Positions 12,383 to 25,900 of a DNA stretch of 64,000 nt are shown one piece after another (the stretch's first letter is position 1; each line of letters opens with the position of its first letter). Source of the stretch: Eledone cirrhosa (lineage: Eukaryota); the NCBI GenBank assembly GCA_964016885.1, contig OZ024743.1:205840001-205904000 (forward strand), in the 5' to 3' direction. The notes under the pieces were generated by a model. It searched no databases, was not told where the DNA came from, and worked only from the letters and a program-made list of their open reading frames with translations. Made by a program: the position numbers and the translations under genes.

Positions 12383-14386
12383 AAATTATCTCCCCTTGGA
12401 CGGCTGGAAATTATCTCCCCCTGATTTTTTTTACAAATTATCTCCCCTTGCACGGCTGGAAATTATCTCCCCTTGGACGGCTGGAAATTATCTGCCCTTG
12501 ATTTTGTTTTTACAAATTATCTCCCCCTGATTTTTTTTACAAATTATCTCCACCTGATATTTAAAAAAATTATCTCCCCTTGGACGGCTGGAAATTATCT
12601 CCCCTTGGCTGGAAATTATCTCCCCTTGGACGGCTAGAAATTATCTCTCTTTGGACGGCTGGAAATTATCTCCCCTTGATTCTTTTTACAATTTATCTCC
12701 CCCTGATTTTTTTTACAAATCTCCCCCTGATTTTTTTTTACAAATTATCTGCCCCTGATTATTTTTTTACAAATTAGCAACGCCTGATTTTTTTAAAAAA
12801 TTATCTCACCTTGGACGGCTGGAAATTATCTCCCCTTGGACGGCTGGAAATTATCTCCCCTTGAACGGCTAGAAATTACCTCTCCTTGGACGGCTGAAAA
12901 TTATCTCCCCTTGGACGGCTGGAAATTATCTCCCCTTGATTTTTTTACAAATTATCTCCCCCTGATTTTTTTTTTACAAATTATCTCCCCCTGATTTTTT
13001 TTTACAAATTATCTACCCCTGATTTTTTTTTCCAAATTATCTCCCCCTGATTTTTTTTTACAAATTATCTCCCCGTTTTTTTTTACAAATTATTTCCCCC
13101 TGATTTTTTTACAAATTATCTCCCCCTGATTTTTTTTACAAATTATCTCCGCCTGATTTTTTTAAATATTATCTTCCCTTGGCTGGCGAAAAAATTATCT
13201 CCCCTTGGACGCCTGGAAATTATCTCCCCTTGGAAGGATGGAAATTATCTCCCCTTGGACGGCTGGAAATAATCTCCCCTTGCACTGCTGGAAATTATCT
13301 CCCCTTGGACGGCTGGAAATTATCTGCCCTTGATTTTGTTTTTACAAATTATCTTCCCCTGATTTTTTTACAAATTATCTCCACCTGATTTTTTTAAAAA
13401 TTATCTCCCCTTGGACGGCTGGAAATAATCTCCCATTGGCTGGAAATTATCTCCCCTTGGACGGCTAGAAATTATCTCTCTTTGGACGGCTGGAAATTAT
13501 CTCCCCTTGATTTTTTTACAAATTATCTCCCCCTGATTTTTTTTACAAATCTCCCAGTGATTTTTTTAAAAAATTATCTCCCCTTCGCTGGCTGGAAATT
13601 ATATCCCCTTGGACGCTGGAAATTATAGCCCCTTGGAGGGCTGGAAGTTATCTTCCCTTGGAGGGCTGGAAATTATCTTCCCTTGGACGGCTGGAAATTA
13701 TCTCCCCTTGATTTTTTTTACATATTATCTCCCCCTGATTTTTTTTACGAATTATCTCCCCGATTTTTTTTTACAAATTATCTCCCCCTGATTTTTTTTT
13801 ACAAATTATCTCCGCCTGATTTTTAAAAAAAAATCATCTCCCCTTGGACGGCTGGAAATTATCTCCCCTTGAACGGCTGGAAATTATCTCCCCTTGGACG
13901 GCTGGAAATTATCTCCCCTTGGACGGCTGGAAATTATTTCCCCTTGATTTTTTTTACAAATTATCTCCCCCTGATTTTTTTTACAAATCTCCCCCTAATT
14001 TAAAAAAAAATTATCTCCCCTTCGCTGGCTGGAAATTATCTCCCTTTGGACGGCTGGAAATTATAGCTGCTTGTAGGGCTGGAAATTATCTCCCCTTGGA
14101 CGGCTGGAAATTATCTCCCCTTTATGTCTTCTACAAATTATCTACCCCTGATTTTTTTTTTACAAATTATCTCCGCCTGATTTTTTTTTACAAATTATCT
14201 GCGCCTGATTTTTTTTTTACAAATTAGCTTCGCCTGATTTTTTAAAAAATTATCTCCCCTTGGACGGCTGGAAATTATCTCCCCTTGGACGGCTGGAAAT
14301 TATCTCCCCTTGGACGGCTAGAAATTATCTCTCTTTGGACGACTGGAAATTATCTCCCCTTGGACGGCTGCAAATTATCTCCCCTT

Positions 14387-14640
14387 GATTTGTTTAACAA
14401 ATTATCTCCCCCTGATTTTTTTTACAAATTATCTCCCCCTGATTTTTTTTTACAAATTATCTACCCCTGATTTTTTTACAAATTATCTCCCCCTGATTTT
14501 TTTTTACAAATTATCTCCCCCTGATTTTTTTTACAAATTATCTCCCCCTGATTTTTTTTTACAAATTATCTCCCCCTGATTTTTTTACAAATTATCTCCC
14601 CCTGATTTTTTTTACAATCTCCGCCTGATTTTTTTAAAAA
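14387..14640 (+). repeat. Example of a long pure run of T-tract unit B (about 9 copies)
   Basis: Consecutive GATTTTTTT(T)ACAAATTATCTCCCCCT units. Related runs lie at about 19164-19445 and 53068-53300. Confidence 0.93.
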
Positions 14641-15944
14641 TTATCTTTCCTTGGCTGGCGGGAAATTATCTCCCCTTGGACAGCTGGAAATTATCTGCCC
14701 TTGATTTTGTTTTTACAAATTATCTCCCCCTGATTTTTTTTACAAATTATCTCCACCTGATTTTTTAAAAAATTATCTCCCCTTGGACGGCTGGAAATTA
14801 TCTCCCCTTGGCTGGAAATTATCTCCCCTTGGACGGCTAGAAATTATCTCTCTTTGGACGGCTGGAAATAATCTCCCTTTGATTTTTTTTACAATTTATC
14901 TCCCTCTGATTTTTTTTACAAATCTCCCCCTCATTTTTTTAAGAAAATTATCTCCCCTTCGCTGGCTGGAAATTATCTCCCCTTGGACACTTGAAATTAT
15001 ATCCCCTTGGAGGGCTGGAAATTATCTTCCCTTGGACGGCTGGAAATTATCTCCCCTTGATTTTTTTTACAAATTATCTCCCCCTGATTTTTTTTACAAA
15101 TTATCTGCCCCTGATTTTTTTTTACTAATTATCTCCGCCTGATTTTTTTTTAAATTATCTCTCCTTGGACGGCTGGAAATTATCTCCCCTTGATTTTTTT
15201 TTACAAATTATCTCCCCCTGATTTTTTTTTACAAATTATCTACCCCTGATTTTTTTTTACAAATTATCTCCCCCTGATTTTTTTTACAAATTATCTCCCC
15301 CTGATTTTTTTTTACAAATTATCTCCCCCTGATTTTTTTACAAATTATCTCCCCCTGATTTTTTTTTCAAATTATCTCCGCCTGATTTTTTTAAATATTA
15401 TCTTCCCTTGGCTGGCGGGAAATTATCTCCCCTTGGACGGCTGGAAATTATCTCCCCTTGGAAGGATGGAAATTATCTCCCCTTGGACGGCTGGAAATTA
15501 TCTCCCCTTGCACTGCTGGAAATTATCTCCCCTTGGACGGCTGGAAATTATCTCCCCTTGGCTGAAAATTATCTCCCCTTGGACGGCTAGAAATTATCTC
15601 TCTTTGGACGGCTGGAAATTATCTCCCCTTGATTTTTTTACAAATTATCTCCCCCTGATTTTTTTACAAATCTCCCAGTGTTTTTTTTTTAAAATTATCT
15701 CCCCTTCGCTGGCTGGAAATTATCTCCCCTTGGACGCTGGAAATTATAGCCCCTTGGAGGGCTGGAAATTATCTTCCCTTGGACGGCTGGAAATTATCTC
15801 CCCTTGATTTTTTTTACAAATTATCTCCCCCTGATTTTTTTTACAAATTATCTCCCCCTGATTTTTTTTTACAAATTATCTCCCCCTGATTTTTTTTACA
15901 ACTTATCTCCGCCTGATTTTTTAAAAAAAATTATCTCCCCTTGG

Positions 15945-16565
15945 ACGGCTAGAAATTACCTCTCCTTGGACGGCTGAAAATTATCTCCCCTTGGACGGCT
16001 GGAAATTATCTCCCCTTGATTTTTTTTACAAATTATCTCCCCCTGATTTTTTTTTACAAATTATCTCCCCCTGATTTTTTTTACAAATTATCTCCCCCTG
16101 ATTTTTTTTTACAAATTATCTCCCCCTGATTTTTTTTACAAATTATATCCCCTTGGCTGGCTGGAAATTATCTCCCCTTGGAGGCTGGAATTTATCTCCC
16201 CTTGGACGGCTAGAAATTACCTCTCCTTGGACGGCTGGAAATTATGTCTCCTTGGACGGCTAGAAATTACCTCTCCTTGGACGGCTGAAAATTATCTCCC
16301 CTTGGACGGCTGGAAATTATCTCCCCTTGATTTTTTTTACAAATTATCTCCCCCTGATTTTTTTTTACAAATTATCTCCCCCTGATTTTTTTTACAAATT
16401 ATCTCCCCCTGATTTTTTTTTACAAATTATCTCCCCCTGATTTTTTTTACAAATTATATCCCCTTGGCTGGCTGGAAATTATCTCCCCTTGGAGGCTGGA
16501 ATTTATCTCCCCTTGGACGGCTAGAAATTACCTCTCCTTGGACGGCTGGAAATTATGTCTCCTTG
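15945..16565 (+). repeat. 311-bp tandem duplication inside a recurrent block
   Basis: AATTATATCCCCTTGGCTGGCTGG...GGAGGCTGGAATTT occurs at 16141 and 16452, and again at 20813/21124. It is also doubled near 37210/37520, 54850/55160 and 63350/63630. Confidence 0.85.
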
Positions 16566-19500
16566 GACGGCTGGAAATTATCTCCCCTTGGACGGCTGGA
16601 AATTATCTCCCCTTGGACGGCTGGAAATTATCTCCCCTTGGACGGCTAGATATTACCTCTCCTTGGACGGCTGGAAATTATCTGCACTTGGACGGCTGGA
16701 AATTATCTCCCCTTGGACGGCTGGAAATTATTTCCCCTTGATTTTTTTTACAAATTATCTCCCCCTGATTTTTTTTTACAAATCTCCCCCTAATTTAAAA
16801 AAAAATTATCTCCCCTTCGCTGGCTGGAAATTATCTTCCTTTGGACGGTTGGAAATTATAGCCGCTTGTAGGGCTGGAAATTATCTCCCCTTGGACGGCT
16901 GGGAATTATCTCCCCTTGATTTTTTTACTAATTATCTCACCCTGATTTTTTTTTACAAATTATCTCCGCCTCATTTTTTAAAAAAAATTATCTCCCCTTG
17001 GCTGGATGGAAATTATCTCCCCTTGGACGGCTGGAAATTATCTCCCCTTGGAAGGATAGAAATTATCTCCCCTTGGACGGCTGGAAATTATCTCCCCTTG
17101 CACGGCTGGAAATTATCTCCCCTTGGACGGCTAGAAATTACCTCTCCTTGGACGGCTGAAAATTATCTCCCCTTGGACGGCTGGAAATTATCTCCCCCTG
17201 ATTTTTTTTACAAATTATCTCCCCTTGCACGGCTGGAAATTATCTCCCCTTGGACGGCTGGAAATTATCTGCCCTTGATTTTGTTTTTACAAATTATCTC
17301 CCCCTGATTTTTTTTACAAATTATCTCCACCTGATATTTAAAAAAATTATCTCCCCTTGGACGGCTGGAAATTATCTCCCCTTGGCTGGAAATTATCTCC
17401 CCTTGGACGGCTAGAAATTATCTCTCTTTGGACGGCTGGAAATTATCTCCCCTTGATTCTTTTTACAATTTATCTCCCCCTGATTTTTTTTACAAATCTC
17501 CCCCTGATTTTTTTTTACAAATTATCTGCCCCTGATTATTTTTTTACAAATTAGCAACGCCTGATTTTTTTAAAAAATTATCTCACCTTGGACGGCTGGA
17601 AATTATCTCCCCTTGGACGGCTGGAAATTATCTCCCCTTGAACGGCTAGAAATTACCTCTCCTTGGACGGCTGAAAATTATCTCCCCTTGGACGGCTGGA
17701 AATTATCTCCCCTTGATTTTTTTACAAATTATCTCCCCCTGATTTTTTTTTTACAAATTATCTCCCCCTGATTTTTTTTTACAAATTATCTACCCCTGAT
17801 TTTTTTTTCCAAATTATCTCCCCCTGATTTTTTTTTACAAATTATCTCCCCGTTTTTTTTTACAAATTATTTCCCCCTGATTTTTTTACAAATTATCTCC
17901 CCCTGATTTTTTTTACAAATTATCTCCGCCTGATTTTTTTAAATATTATCTTCCCTTGGCTGGCGAAAAAATTATCTCCCCTTGGACGCCTGGAAATTAT
18001 CTCCCCTTGGAAGGATGGAAATTATCTCCCCTTGGACGGCTGGAAATTATCTCCCCTTGCACTGCTGGAAATTATCTCCCCTTGGACGGCTGGAAATTAT
18101 CTGCCCTTGATTTTGTTTTTACAAATTATCTTCCCCTGATTTTTTTACAAATTATCTCCACCTGATTTTTTTAAAAATTATCTCCCCTTGGACGGCTGGA
18201 AATAATCTCCCATTGGCTGGAAATTATCTCCCCTTGGACGGCTAGAAATTATCTCTCTTTGGACGGCTGGAAATTATCTCCCCTTGATTTTTTTACAAAT
18301 TATCTCCCCCTGATTTTTTTTACAAATCTCCCAGTGATTTTTTTAAAAAATTATCTCCCCTTCGCTGGCTGGAAATTATATCCCCTTGGACGCTGGAAAT
18401 TATAGCCCCTTGGAGGGCTGGAAGTTATCTTCCCTTGGAGGGCTGGAAATTATCTTCCCTTGGACGGCTGGAAATTATCTCCCCTTGATTTTTTTTACAT
18501 ATTATCTCCCCCTGATTTTTTTTACGAATTATCTCCCCGATTTTTTTTTACAAATTATCTCCCCCTGATTTTTTTTTACAAATTATCTCCGCCTGATTTT
18601 TAAAAAAAAATCATCTCCCCTTGGACGGCTGGAAATTATCTCCCCTTGAACGGCTGGAAATTATCTCCCCTTGGACGGCTGGAAATTATCTCCCCTTGGA
18701 CGGCTGGAAATTATTTCCCCTTGATTTTTTTTACAAATTATCTCCCCCTGATTTTTTTTACAAATCTCCCCCTAATTTAAAAAAAAATTATCTCCCCTTC
18801 GCTGGCTGGAAATTATCTCCCTTTGGACGGCTGGAAATTATAGCTGCTTGTAGGGCTGGAAATTATCTCCCCTTGGACGGCTGGAAATTATCTCCCCTTT
18901 ATGTCTTCTACAAATTATCTACCCCTGATTTTTTTTTTACAAATTATCTCCGCCTGATTTTTTTTTACAAATTATCTGCGCCTGATTTTTTTTTTACAAA
19001 TTAGCTTCGCCTGATTTTTTAAAAAATTATCTCCCCTTGGACGGCTGGAAATTATCTCCCCTTGGACGGCTGGAAATTATCTCCCCTTGGACGGCTAGAA
19101 ATTATCTCTCTTTGGACGACTGGAAATTATCTCCCCTTGGACGGCTGCAAATTATCTCCCCTTGATTTGTTTAACAAATTATCTCCCCCTGATTTTTTTT
19201 ACAAATTATCTCCCCCTGATTTTTTTTTACAAATTATCTACCCCTGATTTTTTTACAAATTATCTCCCCCTGATTTTTTTTTACAAATTATCTCCCCCTG
19301 ATTTTTTTTACAAATTATCTCCCCCTGATTTTTTTTTACAAATTATCTCCCCCTGATTTTTTTACAAATTATCTCCCCCTGATTTTTTTTACAATCTCCG
19401 CCTGATTTTTTTTACAAATTATCTCCACCTGATTTTTTAAAAAATTATCTCCCCTTGGACGGCTGGAAATTATCTCCCCTTGGCTGGAAATTATCTCCCC

Positions 19501-19934
19501 TTGGACGGCTAGAAATTATCTCTCTTTGGACGGCTGGAAATAATCTCCCTTTGATTTTTTTTACAATTTATCTCCCTCTGATTTTTTTTACAAATCTCCC
19601 CCTCATTTTTTTAAGAAAATTATCTCCCCTTCGCTGGCTGGAAATTATCTCCCCTTGGACACTTGAAATTATATCCCCTTGGAGGGCTGGAAATTATCTT
19701 CCCTTGGACGGCTGGAAATTATCTCCCCTTGATTTTTTTTACAAATTATCTCCCCCTGATTTTTTTTACAAATTATCTGCCCCTGATTTTTTTTTACTAA
19801 TTATCTCCGCCTGATTTTTTTTTAAATTATCTCTCCTTGGACGGCTGGAAATTATCTCCCCTTGATTTTTTTTTACAAATTATCTCCCCCTGATTTTTTT
19901 TTACAAATTATCTACCCCTGATTTTTTTTTACAA

Positions 19935-22900
19935 ATTATCTCCCCCTGATTTTTTTTACAAATTATCTCCCCCTGATTTTTTTTTACAAATTATCTCCCC
20001 CTGATTTTTTTACAAATTATCTCCCCCTGATTTTTTTTTCAAATTATCTCCGCCTGATTTTTTTAAATATTATCTTCCCTTGGCTGGCGGGAAATTATCT
20101 CCCCTTGGACGGCTGGAAATTATCTCCCCTTGGAAGGATGGAAATTATCTCCCCTTGGACGGCTGGAAATTATCTCCCCTTGCACTGCTGGAAATTATCT
20201 CCCCTTGGACGGCTGGAAATTATCTCCCCTTGGCTGAAAATTATCTCCCCTTGGACGGCTAGAAATTATCTCTCTTTGGACGGCTGGAAATTATCTCCCC
20301 TTGATTTTTTTACAAATTATCTCCCCCTGATTTTTTTACAAATCTCCCAGTGTTTTTTTTTTTAAATTATCTCCCCTTCGCTGGCTGGAAATTATCTCCC
20401 CTTGGACGCTGGAAATTATAGCCCCTTGGAGGGCTGGAAATTATCTTCCCTTGGACGGCTGGAAATTATCTCCCCTTGATTTTTTTTACAAATTATCTCC
20501 CCCTGATTTTTTTTACAAATTATCTCCCCCTGATTTTTTTTTACAAATTATCTCCCCCTGATTTTTTTTACAACTTATCTCCGCCTGATTTTTTAAAAAA
20601 AATTATCTCCCCTTGGACGGCTAGAAATTACCTCTCCTTGGACGGCTGAAAATTATCTCCCCTTGGACGGCTGGAAATTATCTCCCCTTGATTTTTTTTA
20701 CAAATTATCTCCCCCTGATTTTTTTTTACAAATTATCTCCCCCTGATTTTTTTTACAAATTATCTCCCCCTGATTTTTTTTTACAAATTATCTCCCCCTG
20801 ATTTTTTTTACAAATTATATCCCCTTGGCTGGCTGGAAATTATCTCCCCTTGGAGGCTGGAATTTATCTCCCCTTGGACGGCTAGAAATTACCTCTCCTT
20901 GGACGGCTGGAAATTATGTCTCCTTGGACGGCTAGAAATTACCTCTCCTTGGACGGCTGAAAATTATCTCCCCTTGGACGGCTGGAAATTATCTCCCCTT
21001 GATTTTTTTTACAAATTATCTCCCCCTGATTTTTTTTTACAAATTATCTCCCCCTGATTTTTTTTACAAATTATCTCCCCCTGATTTTTTTTTACAAATT
21101 ATCTCCCCCTGATTTTTTTTACAAATTATATCCCCTTGGCTGGCTGGAAATTATCTCCCCTTGGAGGCTGGAATTTATCTCCCCTTGGACGGCTAGAAAT
21201 TACCTCTCCTTGGACGGCTGGAAATTATGTCTCCTTGGACGGCTGGAAATTATCTCCCCTTGGACGGCTGGAAATTATCTCCCCTTGGACGGCTGGAAAT
21301 TATCTCCCCTTGGACGGCTAGATATTACCTCTCCTTGGACGGCTGGAAATTATCTGCACTTGGACGGCTGGAAATTATCTCCCCTTGGACGGCTGGAAAT
21401 TATTTCCCCTCGATTTTTTTTACAAATTATCTCCCGCTGATTTTTTTTTACAAATCTCCACCTAATTAAAAAAAAAATTATCTCCCCTTCGCTGGCTGGA
21501 AATTATCTTGCTTTGGACGGCTGGAAATTATAGCCGCTTGTAGGGCTGGAAATTATCTCCCCTTGGACGGCTGGAAATTATCTCCCCTTGATTTTTTTTA
21601 CTAAGTATCTCACCCTGATTTTTTTTTACAAGTTATCTCCGCCTGATTTTAAAAAAAAAATTATCTCCCCTTGGCTGGATGGAAATTATCTCCCCTTGGA
21701 CGGCTGGAAATTATCTTCCCTTGATTTCTTCTACAAATTATCTACCCCTGATTTTTTTTTTACAAATTATCTCTCCCTGATTTTTTTTTACAAATATCTC
21801 TCCTTGGCTGGCTGGAAATTATCTCCCCTTGGCTGGCTGGAAATTATCTCCCCCTGATATTTTTTTACAAATTAGCTCCCCCTGATTTTTTTTACAAATT
21901 ATCTCCCCCTGATTTTTTTCACAAATTATCTCCCCCTGATTTTTTTTACAAATTATCTCCCCTGATTTGAAAAAAAAAATTATCTCCCCTTGGACGGCTG
22001 GAAATTATCTCCCCTTGGACGGCCGGAAATTATCCCCCCCTGATTTTTTTTTTACAAATTATCTCCACCTGATTTTTTTTACAAATCATCTCAGCCTGAT
22101 TTTTTTAAAATATTATCTCCCTTGGCTTGCTGGAAATTATCTCCCCTTGGACGGCTATAAATTATCTCTCCTTCGACCGCTGGAAATTATCTCCCCTTGA
22201 TTTTTTTACAAATTATCTCCCCCTGATTTTTTTTTACCAATCAACCCCTGATTTAAAAACAAAAATTATCTCCCCTTCGCTGGCTGGAAATTATCTCCCC
22301 TTGGACGGCTGGAAATTATCTCCCCTTGATTTTTTTTACAAATTATCTACCCCTGATTTTTTTACAAATTATCTCCCCCTGATTTTTTTTACAAATTATC
22401 TCCCCCTGATTTTTTTTTTACAAATTATCTCCGCCTGATTTTTTTAAAATTATCTCCCCTTGGCTGGATGGAAATTATCTCCACTTGGACGGCTGGAAAT
22501 TATCTCCCCTTGGAAGGATGGAAATTATCTCCCCTTGGACGGCTGGAAATTATCTCCCCTTGCACGGCTGGAAATTATCTCCCCTTGGACGGCTAGAAAT
22601 TACCTCTCCTTGGACGACTGAAAATTATCTTCCCTTGGACGGCTGGAAATTATGTCCACCTGATTTTTTTTTACAAATCATCTCCGCCTGATTTTTTTAA
22701 AAACTTATCTCCCTTGGCTTGCTGGAAATTATCTCCCCTTGGACGGCTATAAATTATCTCTCCTTCGACGGCTGGAAATTATCTCCCCTTGATTTTTTTA
22801 CAAATTATCTCCCCCTGATTTTTTTTTAACAATCTACCCCTGATTTAAAAAAAAAATTATCTCTCCTTCGCTGGCTGGAAATTATCTCCCCTTGGACGGC

Positions 22901-25900
22901 TGGAAATTATCTCCCCTTGATTTTTTTTACAAATTATCTACCCCTGATTTTTTTACAAATTATCTCCCCCTGATTTTTTTTTACAAATTATCTCCCCTTG
23001 ATTTTTTTTTTTTACAAATTATCTCCGCCTGATTTTTTTAAAATTATCTCCCCTTGGCTGGATGGAAATTATCTCCCCTTGGACGGCTGGAAATTATCTC
23101 CCCTTGCACGGCTGGAAATTATCTTCCCTTGGACGGCTAGAAATTACCTCTCCTTGGACGGCTGAAAATTATCTCCCCTTGGACGGCTGGAAATTATCTC
23201 CCCCAGATTTTTTTTACAAATTATCTCCCCTTGCACGGCTGGAAATTATCTCCCCTTGGACGGCTGGAAATTATCTGCCCTTGATTTTGTTTTTACAAAT
23301 TATCTCCACCTGATTTTTTTTACAAATTATCTCCACCTGATATTTTAAAAAATTATCTCCCCTTGGACGGCTGGAAATTATCTCCCCTTGGCTGGAAATT
23401 ATCTCCCCTTGGACGGCTAGAAATTATCTCTCTTTGGACGGCTGGAAATTATCTCCCCTTGATTCTTTTTACAAATTATCTCCCCCTGATTTTTTTTACA
23501 AATCTCCCCCTAATTTAAAAAAAAATTATCTCCCCTTCGCTGGCTGGAAATTATCTCCCCTTGGACGCTGAAAATTATAGCCCCTTGGAGGCTGGAAATT
23601 ATCTTCCCTTGGACGGCTGGAAATTATCTCCCCTTGATTTTTTTACAAATTATCTCCCCCTGATTTTTTTTACAAATTATCTCCCCCTGATTTTTTTTTT
23701 ACAAATTATCTCCCCTTGGACGGGTGGAAATTATCTCCCCTTGGACGGCTTGAAATTATCTCCCCTTGGACGGCTAGAAATTACCTCTCCTTGGACGGCT
23801 GAAAATTATCTCCCCTTGATTTTTTTTACAAATTATCTCCCCCTGATTTTTTTTTTTACAAATTATCTCCCCCTGATTTTATTTTACATATTATCTACCC
23901 GATTTTTTTTTACAAATTATCTCCACCTGATCTTTTTTACAAATTATCTCCCCCTGATTTTTTTTTACAAATTATCTCCCCCTGATTTTTTTACAAATTA
24001 TCTCCCCCTAATTTATTTTACAAATTATCTCCGCCTGATTTTTTTAAATATTATCTTCCCTTGGCTGGCGGGAAATAATCTCCCCTTGGACGGCTGGAAA
24101 TTATCTCCCCTTGGAAGGATGGAAATTATCTTCCCTTGGACGGCTGGAAATTATCTCACCTTGGACGGCTGGAAATTATCTCCCCTTGGCTGGAAATTAT
24201 CTCCCCTTGGATGGCTAGAAATTATCTCTCTTTGGACGGCTGGAAATTATCTCCCCTTGATTTTTTTTACAAATTATCTCCCCCTGATTTTTTTACAAAT
24301 CTCCCAGTGATTTTTAAAAAAAAATTATCTCGCTTTCGCTGGCTGGAAATTATCTCCCCTTGGACGCTGGAAATTATAGCCCCTTGGAGGGCTGGAAATT
24401 ATCTTCCCTTGGACGGCTGGAAATTATCTCCCCTTGATTTTTTTTACATATTATCTCCCCCTGATTTTTTTTACAACTTATCTCCGCCTGATTTTTTTAA
24501 AAAAATTATCTCCCCTTGGACGGCTGGAAATTATCTCCCCTTGGACGGCTGGAAATTATCTCTCCTTGGACGGCTAGAAATTACCTCTCCTTGGACGGCT
24601 GGAAATTATGTCTCCTTGGACGGCTGGAAATTATCTCCCCTTGGACGGCTGGAAATTATCTCCCCTTGGACGGCTGGAAATTATCTCCCCTTGATTTTTT
24701 TTACAAATTATCTCCCCCTGATTTTTTTTTACAAATTATCTCCCCCTGATTTTTTTTACAAATTATATTCCCTTGGCTGGCTGGAAATTATCTCCCCTTG
24801 GAGGCTGGAATTTATCTCCCCTTGGACGGCTAGAAATTACCTCTCCTTGGACGGCTGGAAATTATGTCTCCTTGGACGGCTGGAAATTATCTCCCCTTGG
24901 ACGGCTGGAAATTATCTCCCCTTGGACGGCTGGAAATTATCTCCCCTTGATTTTGTATACAAATTATCTCCCCCTGATATTTTTTTACAAATTATCTGCC
25001 CCTGATTGTTTTTTACAAATTAGCTCCGCCTGATTTTTTTTTAAAATTATCTCCCCTTGGACGGCTGGAAATTATCTCCCCTTGGACGGCTGGAAATTAT
25101 CTCCCCTTGAACGGCTAGAAATTACCTGTCCTTGGACGGCTGAAAATTATCTCCCCTTGGACGGCTGGAAATTATCTCCCCTTGATTTTTTACAAATTAT
25201 CTCCCCCTGATTTTTTTTACAAATTATCTCCCCCTGATTTTTTTTTACAAATTATCTACCCCTGATTTTTTTTACAAATCTCCCAGTGATTTTTTTAAAA
25301 AAATTATCTCCCCTTCGCTGGCTGGAAATTATCTCCCCTTGGACGCTGGAAATTATAGCTCCTTGGAGGGCTGGAAGTTATCTTTCCTTGGAGGGCTGGA
25401 ATTTATCTTCCCTTGGACGGCTGGAAATTATCTCCCCTTGATTTTTTTTACAAATTATCTCCCCCTGATTTTTTTTTACAAATTATCTCCCCCTGATTTT
25501 TTTTTTACAAATTATCTCCGCCTGATTTTTTTTTAAATTATCTCCCCTTGGACGGCTGGAAATTATCTCCCCTTGGACGGCTGGAAATTATCTCCCCTTG
25601 GACGGCTAGAAATTACCTCTCCTTGGACGGCTGGAAATTATCTACCCCTGATTTTTTTTTACAAATTATCTACGCCTGATTTTTTTTTACAAATTATCTC
25701 CCCCTGATTTTTTTTTACAAATTATCTCCCCCTGTTTTTTTTTACAAATTATTTCCCCCTGATTATTTTACAAATTATCTCCGCCTGATTTTTTTAATTA
25801 TCTTCCCTTGGCTGGCGGGAAATTATCTCCCCTTGGACGCCTGGAAATTATCTCCCCTTGGAAGGATGGAAATTATCTCCCCTTGGACGGCTGGAAATTA

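Larger units (their letters stand above)
11910..21358 (+). repeat. Tandem duplication with a ~4.78-kb unit (about 11910-16686 and 16687-21358)
   Basis: ORF pairs 12580/17357, 13179/17956, 13844/18621 and 14385/19162 have offset 4777. Pairs 14783/19455, 15408/20080 and 16464/21136 have offset 4672 after a 105-bp loss near 19403. Confidence 0.93.
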
